Below, in pieces: positions 27,160-36,589 of a stretch of DNA of 64,000 bases. Under the pieces are notes generated by a model. The model was given only the letters and a program-made list of their open reading frames with translations. It was not told the origin of the DNA and made no database searches. Position numbers and translations under genes: made by a program. Source of the DNA: Minisyncoccota bacterium (lineage in GTDB: Bacteria; Patescibacteriota; Minisyncoccia; Phycocordibacterales; UBA5272); the NCBI GenBank assembly GCA_031972295.1, contig DALYEZ010000002.1:9596-73595 (forward strand), in the 5' to 3' direction. Every line of letters starts with the position of its first letter. The stretch's first letter is position 1.

Positions 27160-27957
27160 ATGGACACAACCGAAAAAAACAAACAATTCTTATTTAAGAT
27201 GGGTGGATGGCTTTTAGTGGTTCTCACCATACTTGCACTTGCAGGAGTTATCTCGCTTGCAAAGGGATGGCGATTCATTGGAGCTGGGCTTAATGCAACA
27301 AACATTATTTCAGTGAGCGCTGAGGCGTCACTTGATGCAAAGCCAACAGGTGGAACGATTTCTTTCACGCAACGTAATGATGCAAAGACAGCAAAAGAAG
27401 CAGAAGACTTACGAAATGTTGTTGTGGCAAAAGCACTCGCTGCAATCAAAAAGATTGGTATTGAAGACAAAGACATAAACACAACCTCAATCAATCGAAG
27501 TGAAAAGTATGACTACAACACTCGTCCATGTTCAGGTGGTTACTGTCCAAGCACGCCAACAGTTGTTGGGTATGACGCATACCAGAGCGTAACTATTAAA
27601 GTTCGTAATACTGAAAATCTTTCTAAAGTGATTGACGCGCTTCGTGATGCTGGGGTTACACAAGTAGATGGCCCACAACTTGGTTTCCAAGATGAAGAAC
27701 TCGAGACGCTTCAAGCACAAGCTCGAAAAGAAGCTATTAAGAAGGCTCGTGCAAAAGCAGATGTTCTTGCTGATCAGCTCGGTGTAGAAATTGTTCGAGT
27801 GGTTTCTTTCTCTGAGGGTGGTGATCGAGGATATATGCCATATATGGCAATGAAGGCAATGGATAGTGTGGGAGGAGAAGCAGCTGCGCCAGCAGTACTT
27901 CCTATTGGTGACTCAAAAATCTCTTCTTCGGTGACTATTACCTACGAGATAAAGTAA
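27160..27957 (+). CDS. SIMPL/DUF541 (BP26-like) periplasmic protein
   Basis: N-terminal TM helix, then KALAAIKKIGIEDKDINTTSI...YDAYQSVTIKV...VDGPQLGF, characteristic of SIMPL. Confidence 0.65.
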   Translation: MDTTEKNKQFLFKMGGWLLVVLTILALAGVISLAKGWRFIGAGLNATNIISVSAEASLDAKPTGGTISFTQRNDAKTAKEAEDLRNVVVAKALAAIKKIGIEDKDINTTSINRSEKYDYNTRPCSGGYCPSTPTVVGYDAYQSVTIKVRNTENLSKVIDALRDAGVTQVDGPQLGFQDEELETLQAQARKEAIKKARAKADVLADQLGVEIVRVVSFSEGGDRGYMPYMAMKAMDSVGGEAAAPAVLPIGDSKISSSVTITYEIK

Positions 27958-27980
27958 TTTTTCTTTAAAAGCGTTTTTAC

Positions 27981-28010
27981 AAAGACCCCTTTCAAAAAAG
28001 GGGTCTTTGC
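27981..28010 (+). terminator. terminator hairpin
   Basis: AAAGACCCCTTTCAAAAAAGGGGTCTTT. Confidence 0.55.
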
Positions 28011-28025
28011 GTTAGGATAGGGGGT

Positions 28026-29465
28026 ATGTGGAAAACAAAAATAGGTAGTATTTTACTTGTCGTAGCCGCTTTCGGTGTGGGCTGGTTTGTAGCCGGAAGT
28101 GAACCAAAGCTTGCTTCGTTTATAGAAGGGAGTTCCTTAAAGGGTGCATTTCCAACTTCAACAGTTGCGAGTTTGCGACAGACGTATCCGTTTCGTCTCG
28201 GACTTGATTTAGCTGGTGGATCGCGACTTGTCTTTCGAGCTGATGTCTCTAAAACAGAGCCAGGTGAAGTAAGTGAGGCGATGGCATCACTTCGAGACGT
28301 AATCGAACGACGTATTAATATTCTTGGAGTTTCAGAACCAGTTGTTACAACAGAAAAATCTTTTACTGGAAATGAATACCGTCTCGTTGTTGAACTTCCT
28401 GGAGTAACAAATCTTGATGAGGCAGCGCGTGTGATTGGAGAGACACCGCTTCTTGAATTTAAGACTGTTCGTCCTGACGGTCCAGAAAAAGACAAAATTA
28501 TTAAGGCTCGAAAGGACTTTGCAGACTCAATGGCAAATGGCCAGGGGCAAGTTGTTATTACTCCTGAATCTCAAATGGATCCAGACTTTGTCGACACTCC
28601 TTTAGGTGGAGGGCAGCTTTCTAAAGCAATGCTTCAGTTTGACCCAACAACTCGTAAACCAATCATCTCGCTCCAGTTTAATGATGAAGGTGCAAAACTT
28701 TTTGAGCAAATCACTGAAGCAAATGTTGGCAAGCCCGTTGCTATTTTCCTCGACGGCGCAGCGCTTTCTATTCCAACCGTACAGCAAAAAATTACTGGCG
28801 GACAGGCAGTTATTACAGGCGAGTTTACTCCAGCTGAAGCACGAGAGCTTGTTGGTCGTTTGAATTCAGGTGCGCTTCCATTGAAAGTTGAACTTATTGG
28901 CTCTCAAGTAGTAGGAGCAACTCTTGGAATTGACTCCGTAGAAAAAGGTGTAAAAGCGGCTTCGTATGGATTCCTTCTTATCGCTATTTTCCTTATTCTT
29001 TGGTATCGCCTTCCGGGAGTTTTGGCAGTTGTTGCACTTTCAGCATATGTAGTGCTCATGCTTGCGTTCTTTAAACTTATTCCTGTAGTGCTCACCGCTG
29101 CCGGTATTGCAGGCTTCATTATTTCGATGGGACTCGCGGTGGATGCGAATGTTCTTATCTTTGAACGTATGAAAGAAGAAATGCGAACAGGTAAAAATAT
29201 TAAAGAAGCAGTTGCGCTTGGAATTTCTCGCGCATGGTCTTCTATTCGAGATTCAAATATCGCATCGCTCATTTCAGCTACAATTCTTTTCTGGCTTGGA
29301 TCATCGGTAGTTAAAGGATTTGCACTTACTCTCGGGCTTGGAGTACTCACGAGTCTTTTCACGGCGATTGTGATTACTCGCATTTTCCTTCTTGCTGTTT
29401 CTGGCAAGCAAAATGGTCGCATCGCTCGCTTCCTCTTTGCGAATGGGTTTAGCAAAGGAAACTAA
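28026..29465 (+). CDS. secD: protein translocase subunit SecD
   Basis: Periplasmic domain followed by a 6-TM C-terminus (LIAIFLILWYR...GIAGFIISMGLAVDANVLIFERM). Confidence 0.85.
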   Translation: MWKTKIGSILLVVAAFGVGWFVAGSEPKLASFIEGSSLKGAFPTSTVASLRQTYPFRLGLDLAGGSRLVFRADVSKTEPGEVSEAMASLRDVIERRINILGVSEPVVTTEKSFTGNEYRLVVELPGVTNLDEAARVIGETPLLEFKTVRPDGPEKDKIIKARKDFADSMANGQGQVVITPESQMDPDFVDTPLGGGQLSKAMLQFDPTTRKPIISLQFNDEGAKLFEQITEANVGKPVAIFLDGAALSIPTVQQKITGGQAVITGEFTPAEARELVGRLNSGALPLKVELIGSQVVGATLGIDSVEKGVKAASYGFLLIAIFLILWYRLPGVLAVVALSAYVVLMLAFFKLIPVVLTAAGIAGFIISMGLAVDANVLIFERMKEEMRTGKNIKEAVALGISRAWSSIRDSNIASLISATILFWLGSSVVKGFALTLGLGVLTSLFTAIVITRIFLLAVSGKQNGRIARFLFANGFSKGN

Positions 29466-29479
29466 TCGTATAAAATAGT

Positions 29480-30376
29480 ATGTTTATCATCAAAAATAAA
29501 ATTTTCTTTCTCACATTCTCAGCCCTTCTTGTTGCGGCATCACTTGGAGTACTTGTAACCCTTGGTTTAAAGCCAGGTATTGAGTTTAAGGGTGGGGCAA
29601 TTGTGGTAGCGCAATATACAAATGCTGTGCCAGAACTTGAGCAGATTAAAAACCAAGCAAAAAATCTTGGACTTGGCGACGTGACTGTTCAGGCATCAGG
29701 TGAAAAAGAAGTGATTGTAAAAACACGAACTCTGGTAGAGAGTGATCGACCTGTCCTTTCACAGACGTTGAGTATTGCTGGAGCTTTTCCGTATACTGAA
29801 AAGAGCTTCAGTGCCATTGGACCTTCGATTAGTAAAGAGCTTACAACAAAATCAATTCTTGCAGTGATTCTTGTATCGCTCGCAATTATTATCTTCATCA
29901 CTTTTGCTTTCCGAAGAGTTTCAAAGCCAGTGGCTTCATGGAAATATGGACTCATTACTATTGCAACACTTTTGCATGACATCATTGTTCCTGCAGGGCT
30001 CTATGCATATTTGGGCTATGCATATGGTGCAGAAGTGGACACACTTTTTGTTGTAGCACTCCTTACTATTCTCGGTATTTCTATCTCAGATACAATTGTA
30101 ATCTTTGACCGTATTCGAGAAAACTTGAGTAAGAAAATCTCACAGAGTTTTGAAGAAGTGGTGGGGACGAGTCTCTCGCAGAGTTTTGTGCGGTCTATGA
30201 GTACATCTCTTACGGTAATCATCGTACTTTTAGCGCTCTTCTTCTTTGGCCCAGAGCCGACAAAGTGGTTTGCGCTCACTCTTGTGACAGGAATGATTGT
30301 GGGAACATATTCATCAATTTTCGTGGCATCTCCTTTACTTACCTTGGTTGAAAAGTGGCAAACGGCTAAGAAATAA
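29480..30376 (+). CDS. secF: protein translocase subunit SecF
   Basis: Immediately after secD. IKNKIFFLTFS... 6 TM helices, VIFDRIREN. Confidence 0.85.
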   Translation: MFIIKNKIFFLTFSALLVAASLGVLVTLGLKPGIEFKGGAIVVAQYTNAVPELEQIKNQAKNLGLGDVTVQASGEKEVIVKTRTLVESDRPVLSQTLSIAGAFPYTEKSFSAIGPSISKELTTKSILAVILVSLAIIIFITFAFRRVSKPVASWKYGLITIATLLHDIIVPAGLYAYLGYAYGAEVDTLFVVALLTILGISISDTIVIFDRIRENLSKKISQSFEEVVGTSLSQSFVRSMSTSLTVIIVLLALFFFGPEPTKWFALTLVTGMIVGTYSSIFVASPLLTLVEKWQTAKK

Positions 30377-30437
30377 AGCTTTCTCTCACTCAAATAAAAA
30401 TCTCTTACCAAAATAAGAGATTTTTATTTGAGTGAAT

Positions 30438-30554
30438 GTACTTTGACACATAATATAAATATGTGAGATAGTGCATAAAGTCAAGGTTCTTTATCAAAGT
30501 CTGTCACAGCCTTAAGTGTTTACAAATGTTGAATATTTAAAGTTGTGTCAGACT
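30438..30554 (+). promoter_or_regulatory. second copy of the conserved upstream block + covarying hairpin leader
   Basis: GTACTTTGACACATAATATAAATATGTG, then arms AGTCTGTCACAGCCTTAA / TTAAAGTTGTGTCAGACT around a GTGTTTA...TGAA loop. Confidence 0.5.
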
Positions 30555-30580
30555 AAATTTCTAAAACGATGGAGAAGACC

Positions 30581-31072
30581 ATGCTTAAGCGACATACAGA
30601 GCAAGATGTCATTACAATCGAACGTTCCGAACCTTTCAGCCCATCTACTTTTGAGGGCCGTGACTTGTCTATCGGTGAGCAAGACGAACGGTCGCTGGTA
30701 CTTTCTGAAGTGGATCGGAGAATGATCTTTCCTCTGGGAATAGTGAGCCTCGCTGAAAGGTCTGCTAGGGGGGAAGATGTGCTAAAACGGCTCAAATCCA
30801 AAAAGCACATTCGTCTAGACGCCAAGATTGGGGAGGTACTCTGGAAAGACTACGCGCTCAATAAGGAGAACAGTATCCTTGAGTGGTTACGTCTAAAGAA
30901 ATTGATCAGATTTCTCCCTTTTATGGGAACTGTCCTGGAGGATCTGAATGGTCGTCGATTGGTATTCTGTTTGTTTTGGTGGGAAGCGGAATGGTCTAGT
31001 TCCTTTCGGTTTCTGGAAGACCAATGGAGCACCTTACAGCCACCGGTCTGCTTATTTGTGTCCAAGAGCTAG
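30581..31072 (+). CDS. orphan hypothetical protein downstream of leader copy 2
   Basis: GGAG 6 nt upstream of ATG 30581 (alternative ATG at 30569). GC about 46%. Terminator AACTCCGATGCGTCGCATCGGAGTTTT at 31107-31135. Coding status less certain than for the 26400 ORF. Confidence 0.35.
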   Translation: MLKRHTEQDVITIERSEPFSPSTFEGRDLSIGEQDERSLVLSEVDRRMIFPLGIVSLAERSARGEDVLKRLKSKKHIRLDAKIGEVLWKDYALNKENSILEWLRLKKLIRFLPFMGTVLEDLNGRRLVFCLFWWEAEWSSSFRFLEDQWSTLQPPVCLFVSKS

Positions 31073-31224
31073 CATCTGAAAAGGCAGAATAAGCTTCTTG
31101 GTTTAAAACTCCGATGCGTCGCATCGGAGTTTTAATTGCCGTTTGGGCCTTCTTGTTGTATACTGACCCACATTAAACAAGCCTCTGTATGGGGGCTTTG
31201 TTTTTACAACACACACAATAATTT

Positions 31225-33372
31225 ATGGAAGCACGAGAATATCCCCTAGAGAAAGTACGCAATTTCGGTATTATTGCGCACATCGACGCCGGAAAAACGA
31301 CAACGTCTGAGCGTGTTCTCTATTACACTGGACAATCACACAAGATTGGTGAAGTTCATGATGGCGAGACAACAACCGACTGGATGGTACAAGAGCGAGA
31401 GCGAGGTATCACCATTACTGCCGCGGCTATTACCTGTTTCTGGAATCCAACCTACATGCCTGAAAAGGATGTAAGTAAGAAAGTTCGATTCAACGTGATC
31501 GACACCCCAGGACACATCGACTTTACTATTGAAGTAAAGCGTTCACTTCGCGTACTCGACGGTGCGGTGGTGGTATTCGACGGTGTAGCCGGTGTAGAGC
31601 CACAATCAGAAACAAACTGGCGTTATGCTGATGAGGGAAATGTTCCACGTGTGTGTTATATCAACAAACTCGACCGAATGGGCGCGTCATTCGACAAGTC
31701 CTTCCAAAGTATTCTTGACCGTTTGACTAAGAAAGCCGTGCGAATGCAAATTCCAATCGGAACAGAAGAAAACTTTTCTGCCATTATCGACTTGGTAAAA
31801 ATGAAGGCGTACAAGTTTGAAGGGGAAATGGGAAAGCAGATTGTAGAAATGGAAATTCCTGCTGAATATCTAGAGCAAGCAACAAAGCTTCGTGGAGAAA
31901 TGATCGAACGTATTGTAGAAATTGATGAAAACATGATGACTGCGTACCTCGATGGTAAGTCATTTACTGTTGAAGAATTGAAAGCAGCAGCGCGAAAAGC
32001 GGTTATTGCAAACGAACTCTTCCCAGTACTTTGTGGGTCATCACTCAAAAACAAAGGTGTACAGCTCGTGCTCGACGCGGTAGTAGACTACCTGCCATCA
32101 CCACTTGATATTCCAAAACCAAAAGGTATTGATCCAGTAACAGGCGATGCAATTGAACGAGAAGTTTCAGATACAGCACCTCTTTCTGCACTTGCGTTCA
32201 AACTCCAATCTGACCCATTCGTAGGGCAGCTTACATTCGTACGTGTGTACTCAGGAATCCTTGAATCAGGAAGCTACATTTTCAACTCAACTAAAGACAA
32301 GAAAGAACGTATTGGGCGAATCATGCTTATGCAGGCAGACAAGCGTGAAGAAGTAAAACAACTCCATGCTGGAGAAATCGGTGCGGTAGTTGGTCTTAAA
32401 GACACTATTACTTCAGACACACTCTGTGATGAAAATAATCCTATTATTCTCGAACGAATTGTTATTCCAGAATCTGTAATCTCAATGCGAATTGAGCCAA
32501 AGACAAAGGCTGACCAAGAAAAAATGGGTATGGCACTTTCTCGTCTGGTAAGTGAAGACCCAACACTCCGTGTATCTACTGATCCAGAAACACTTGAAAC
32601 TATCATTGCTGGTATGGGTGAACTTCACCTCGATATTATTATCGACCGAATGAAGCGCGAATTTAATGTAGAGGCAAACACAGGTAAACCGCAAGTTGCA
32701 TACAAAGAAACAATTCAAGGATCATCTGAAGCAGAAGGAAAGCACGTGAAGCAGTCAGGAGGACGTGGACAATACGGACATGTACGTATTCGTATGAAGC
32801 CGCTTGATAGAACTGTGAAGGTTGAAGATCTTCCAAAGAACGTAAAACGATCTGAAGGATTTGAATTCATTAACAGTATTAAGGGTGGTGCTATTCCTCA
32901 AGAATTTATTCCAGCTGTAGAAAAAGGATTTAAAGAAGCTATGGACCGTGGTGTTTCAGCTGGATACAAAATGACAGACGTTTCAATCGAGCTCTACGAC
33001 GGATCATTCCACGAAGTCGACTCATCAGAAATTGCCTTCAAACTTGCCGCTATTGAAGCGTTTAAAGAAGCTGCTCGCCGTGCGAAGCCAGTAATTCTCG
33101 AACCAATGATGCGAGTAGAAGTAGTAATTCCTGATAAGTTCTATGGTGACATCACCGGAAACCTTTCTTCAAAACGAGGACAGATTGAAGGTATGGAAGA
33201 CCGAGGACTTAACAAAGCTATCAAGGCTTTGGTCCCACTCTCAGAAATGTTCGGCTATGCCACATCACTCCGTTCAATGACAGAAGGACGAGGAAACTTC
33301 ACTATGGAATTTGCTCAGTACGATGTAGTGCCTTCAAGCATTGCAGCGACTATTGCAGAACAGAAGAAGTAA
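31225..33372 (+). CDS. fusA: elongation factor G
   Basis: [23 protein letters not shown]-domain motifs, full-length five-domain EF-G. Confidence 0.95.
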   Translation: MEAREYPLEKVRNFGIIAHIDAGKTTTSERVLYYTGQSHKIGEVHDGETTTDWMVQERERGITITAAAITCFWNPTYMPEKDVSKKVRFNVIDTPGHIDFTIEVKRSLRVLDGAVVVFDGVAGVEPQSETNWRYADEGNVPRVCYINKLDRMGASFDKSFQSILDRLTKKAVRMQIPIGTEENFSAIIDLVKMKAYKFEGEMGKQIVEMEIPAEYLEQATKLRGEMIERIVEIDENMMTAYLDGKSFTVEELKAAARKAVIANELFPVLCGSSLKNKGVQLVLDAVVDYLPSPLDIPKPKGIDPVTGDAIEREVSDTAPLSALAFKLQSDPFVGQLTFVRVYSGILESGSYIFNSTKDKKERIGRIMLMQADKREEVKQLHAGEIGAVVGLKDTITSDTLCDENNPIILERIVIPESVISMRIEPKTKADQEKMGMALSRLVSEDPTLRVSTDPETLETIIAGMGELHLDIIIDRMKREFNVEANTGKPQVAYKETIQGSSEAEGKHVKQSGGRGQYGHVRIRMKPLDRTVKVEDLPKNVKRSEGFEFINSIKGGAIPQEFIPAVEKGFKEAMDRGVSAGYKMTDVSIELYDGSFHEVDSSEIAFKLAAIEAFKEAARRAKPVILEPMMRVEVVIPDKFYGDITGNLSSKRGQIEGMEDRGLNKAIKALVPLSEMFGYATSLRSMTEGRGNFTMEFAQYDVVPSSIAATIAEQKK

Positions 33373-33394
33373 TTTCTTTTCTCTCTATAATTAA

Positions 33395-33428
33395 ACAAAA
33401 CCCCACAAATTGTGGGGTTTTGTTTTTA
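33395..33428 (+). terminator. rho-independent terminator after fusA
   Basis: AAAACCCCACAAATTGTGGGGTTTT + TGTTTTT. Confidence 0.7.
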
Positions 33429-33439
33429 AATAAAGAATA

Positions 33440-33468
33440 TTGACATCTTTTAAAAATAATAGTACATT
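33440..33468 (+). promoter_or_regulatory. candidate sigma70-type promoter (TTGACA-N17-TACATT)
   Basis: Read directly from sequence. Precedes the structured region. Confidence 0.35.
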
Positions 33469-33469
33469 C

Positions 33470-33735
33470 TTTATCAATCCTCGATTGGGCGTCATGTGTT
33501 TCACTAGGTAACTGTTATCTGGTTAAAACACACAATCGAGAGCGTAGGTTACCCGTTCGCGCCAAAGCGGGGCCCGTAGGTGTTCGACGGGTAGCTGCCC
33601 CTTGAACACCGAAGCGAGGCATTCAGATTTGTTTGCCCAGGGAAGTGACCTCATATGTACAGTGCAGCGCTGTCTGAGGCGTTAACGCCGCTCACAAAAA
33701 ACAATGTGAGCGGCTATTCTTTTGCCTTTTTATAT
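33470..33735 (+). ncRNA. candidate structured ncRNA of unknown family, bounded by promoter and intrinsic terminator
   Basis: No ORF in the ORF track. Nested hairpins: CTCGATTG...CAATCGAG, CCCGTAGGTGTTCGACGGG, and a 10-bp stem GCCGCTCACA/TGTGAGCGGC + T-run at 33687-33731. Locally GC-richer than flanks. Confidence 0.3.
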
Positions 33736-33862
33736 ACAGTGTGGTATCGTACTTCGACAGGTTACTATCCGTCCATTTATGCCTTTTCCTATCTTTTAGG
33801 GGCAGACATACATAGGGCGTGATATAGAATCTGTTTATAAAAAATAAATACACATAGTTTCT

Positions 33863-34048
33863 ATGGCAAAAACGTCAGTTATTGCGCGTGCCAACAAGAA
33901 ACCTAAGTTTGCTGTACGAGCAGTTAATCGCTGCTTTAAGTGCGGTCGGAAACGAGGGTATATGCGTGCGTTTGGCATCTGTCGACATTGCTTCCGCGAT
34001 CTCGCGAACGAAGGAATGATCCCAGGTATCAAAAAGTCATCATGGTAA
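33863..34048 (+). CDS. rpsZ: 30S ribosomal protein S14 type Z (zinc-binding)
   Basis: 61 aa with [22 protein letters not shown]. Confidence 0.9.
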   Translation: MAKTSVIARANKKPKFAVRAVNRCFKCGRKRGYMRAFGICRHCFRDLANEGMIPGIKKSSW

Positions 34049-34054
34049 AAGCGT

Positions 34055-34441
34055 ATGGATCAAATTAGTAATTTCTTAAATCAACTTAAACTTGCAGGGC
34101 GAGCTCATAAAGAGTTCATTCTCGTGCCGTTTTCGAAAGTGAAACTTGCAATTGCAAAGACACTACAGAAAGAAGGGTATGTAGCAGGTGTAGAAAAAGC
34201 GGAGGTTAAAGGCCATCCGTATATTCGAGTAAACATTCTTTACACCGGTAAAGATGCTCGAATCAACGATATCGAACGGGTATCACGGCTATCACAGCGA
34301 GTGTACTCTCCAGTTAAAAAACTTCGTCCGTACAAATATGGTAAAGGTATGACCGTTCTTACGACTCCAAAGGGTGTTATGAGCGATACTGAAGCCAAGA
34401 AAGAAATGGTCGGCGGCGAAGTATTATTTAGAATTTGGTAA
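34055..34441 (+). CDS. rpsH: 30S ribosomal protein S8
   Basis: DQISNFLNQLKLA...VLTTPKGVMSDTEAKKEMVGGEVLF. Confidence 0.9.
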   Translation: MDQISNFLNQLKLAGRAHKEFILVPFSKVKLAIAKTLQKEGYVAGVEKAEVKGHPYIRVNILYTGKDARINDIERVSRLSQRVYSPVKKLRPYKYGKGMTVLTTPKGVMSDTEAKKEMVGGEVLFRIW

Positions 34442-34451
34442 TACAATATAT

Positions 34452-34985
34452 ATGAGTAGAGTAGGAAAACAAATTCTTGAAATCCCAAATGGCGTAACAG
34501 TAACTATTACTGCAAGTAATGTTGTTGTGAAAGGACCAAAGGCAGAACTTACACGTCCTGTTATTGAAGCTATTGAAATTAAACAAGAAGGAAATACGGT
34601 TACATTTACACCGCGCCGCAATGACAAATTCACAAAGTCACTTTGGGGAACATATGCATCAGAAGTGAAGGCAATGCTCCAGGGTGTTATTACTCCATTT
34701 GAAAAAAAACTTCTCATTGAAGGAGTTGGATTTAAGTGGGAAGTAAAAGGAAAGGAGCTTCACATGGCACTTGGATTTTCACACCCAGTGGTGATGAATA
34801 TTCCTGAAGGTGTTACTGTTACTGCAGACAAGCAGTCACTGACAATTGCAGGTGCAGATAAAGAGGCGGTTGGACTCTTTGCAAATAAAGTTCGTGGACA
34901 TAAGAAACCTGAGCCGTACAAAGGAAAAGGTATTCGATATAGCACGGAAACAATCTTACGTAAGCAAGGTAAGAAAACAGCATAG
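34452..34985 (+). CDS. rplF: 50S ribosomal protein L6
   Basis: MSRVGKQILEIPNGVTV...two-domain uL6. Confidence 0.9.
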   Translation: MSRVGKQILEIPNGVTVTITASNVVVKGPKAELTRPVIEAIEIKQEGNTVTFTPRRNDKFTKSLWGTYASEVKAMLQGVITPFEKKLLIEGVGFKWEVKGKELHMALGFSHPVVMNIPEGVTVTADKQSLTIAGADKEAVGLFANKVRGHKKPEPYKGKGIRYSTETILRKQGKKTA

Positions 34986-34988
34986 TAT

Positions 34989-35339
34989 ATGAAAGAAACA
35001 AAGAAAAAAGTTCTCAAACGAGCACGACGTCACGCACGAATTCGAACAGAAATCGTGGGTACTGAGGCACGTCCACGACTTTCTGTTTTTCGTTCAAATA
35101 AATTTATCTACGCACAAGTTATTGATGATGCAAAAGGGGTAACACTCGCTGCGGCATCAGATGCAGGTCTTGATAAAGGAACAAAAGTAGAAAAAGCAAA
35201 AGCGGTAGGAAAGCTCGTTGCAGAAGCTGCAAAAAAGGCAAAAATTACTAAAGTAGTATTTGATCGAGGAGGATTCTTGTACAAAGGTCGTGTGCAAGCA
35301 CTCGCAGATGGCGCCCGAGAGGGAGGTTTGGAATTCTAA
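34989..35339 (+). CDS. rplR: 50S ribosomal protein L18
   Basis: [18 protein letters not shown]...[27 protein letters not shown]. Confidence 0.9.
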   Translation: MKETKKKVLKRARRHARIRTEIVGTEARPRLSVFRSNKFIYAQVIDDAKGVTLAAASDAGLDKGTKVEKAKAVGKLVAEAAKKAKITKVVFDRGGFLYKGRVQALADGAREGGLEF

Positions 35340-35344
35340 AAAAT

Positions 35345-36139
35345 ATGACTGAACAAACAACACAAACAACAGAAGGTGGAGCTCCAGTAGTTCCTGTAGC
35401 ACAAACAGCAGCACCTCGTCCTCCAATGGGTGGTTTTAGAGGAGCTCCTCGTCCAGGTGGTGCAGGCGGAACACGCCCTCCATTCCGACGTGGCGGCTTT
35501 TCAGGCGGTCCTCGTCGTCCAGGCGGTCCAGTAACTGCCGGTGGCCCACAAGGTCAAGGTGGTGCGCGTGGCGGCTTTAGATCAGGTGGCCCAGGTGGTC
35601 GCCCAGGTCAAGGTGGAGGAAGAAGCGGTGGAGGTCGTTTTCAAGAACGTCGCCCTTCAGAATTTGAGCAAAAGATGATTGATATTCGTCGTGTAACTCG
35701 TGTAGTTGCCGGTGGTCGTCGATTTAGTTTCTCAGTATCGCTTGTTGCTGGTGATCGCAATGGTCGCGTTGGATTTGGTATGGGAAAAGCTACCGACACA
35801 TCACTTGCTATCGAAAAAGCATTCAAGCAGGCTCGTAAGAACATGCTCACACTCCGTCTTACAAAGACAAAATCTATTCGACATGACCTTTCAGCAAAAT
35901 TTGGTAGCGCTTCAGTTACGATGATGCCAAACAAAGGTCGAGGTCTTATTGCGGGAAGTTCGGCTCGTGTTGTGCTTGCGTTTGCTGGTGTAAAAGATGT
36001 AACTGCAAAGTATCACTCTGGCACCAAGAACAAAATTAACAACGCAAAAGCTGCAATTGCCGCTCTTTCGCAAATTGCATACAGACATGGTGAAGCACCA
36101 GTGCGTAAGGTAGAATTAAAGACAGAAGGAGAGCAATAA
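35345..36139 (+). CDS. rpsE: 30S ribosomal protein S5 with an approximately 100-aa N-terminal Gly/Arg/Pro-rich extension
   Basis: Core uS5 from IDIRRVTRVVAGGRRFSFS...GMGKA...TLRL. The extension runs GGFRGAPRPGGAGGTRPPFRRGGFSGGPRRPGG.... Confidence 0.9.
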   Translation: MTEQTTQTTEGGAPVVPVAQTAAPRPPMGGFRGAPRPGGAGGTRPPFRRGGFSGGPRRPGGPVTAGGPQGQGGARGGFRSGGPGGRPGQGGGRSGGGRFQERRPSEFEQKMIDIRRVTRVVAGGRRFSFSVSLVAGDRNGRVGFGMGKATDTSLAIEKAFKQARKNMLTLRLTKTKSIRHDLSAKFGSASVTMMPNKGRGLIAGSSARVVLAFAGVKDVTAKYHSGTKNKINNAKAAIAALSQIAYRHGEAPVRKVELKTEGEQ

Positions 36140-36146
36140 AAATAGT

Positions 36147-36587
36147 ATGGAAAAAAATACATTAAAACGCGCACACGCAAACAAAGCCCACACGCAAGTT
36201 GGTCGTGGTGGAAAGCGTGGAAAGACTTCAGGTCGTGGTGGCAAAGGTCAAACTGCTCGTGCAGGTAACAAACGTCGCCCAGCACTTCGCGATGCAATCA
36301 AAAAATTGCCAAAGTTGCGAGGACGTGGAATGAATACATTCAAGTCTATTCAGATAAAACCAGTTGTGGTGACACTTACTCAGATTGATGCAGTTGTATC
36401 AAATGGTGCAGAGATCACACGAAACTCACTCTTTGAAATGGGAATCGTTTCAAAAGTAAAAGGAAAAGTTCCGGGTGTTAAAATTCTTAGTACAGGAACA
36501 ATCTCAAAGAAGGTAACGGTAAAGGGTATCCCTATGTCGAAATCTGCAAAAGAGGCGATTGAGAAAGCTGGTGGTACCGTACAATAA
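36147..36587 (+). CDS. rplO: 50S ribosomal protein L15 (no L30 gene between rpsE and rplO)
   Basis: GRGGKRGKTSGRGGKGQTARAG N-terminus. Confidence 0.9.
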   Translation: MEKNTLKRAHANKAHTQVGRGGKRGKTSGRGGKGQTARAGNKRRPALRDAIKKLPKLRGRGMNTFKSIQIKPVVVTLTQIDAVVSNGAEITRNSLFEMGIVSKVKGKVPGVKILSTGTISKKVTVKGIPMSKSAKEAIEKAGGTVQ

Positions 36588-36589
36588 TT

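Noticed and set aside
33555-33590. tmRNA-like 5' motif GGGGCCCGTAGGTGTTCGACGGG inside the unassigned sRNA region
   Set aside because: No matching tRNA-like 3' end (T arm + GGGCCCC acceptor) occurs upstream or downstream. A complete tmRNA with adjacent smpB exists at 59630-60050. Treated as a coincidental resemblance within an unidentified RNA.
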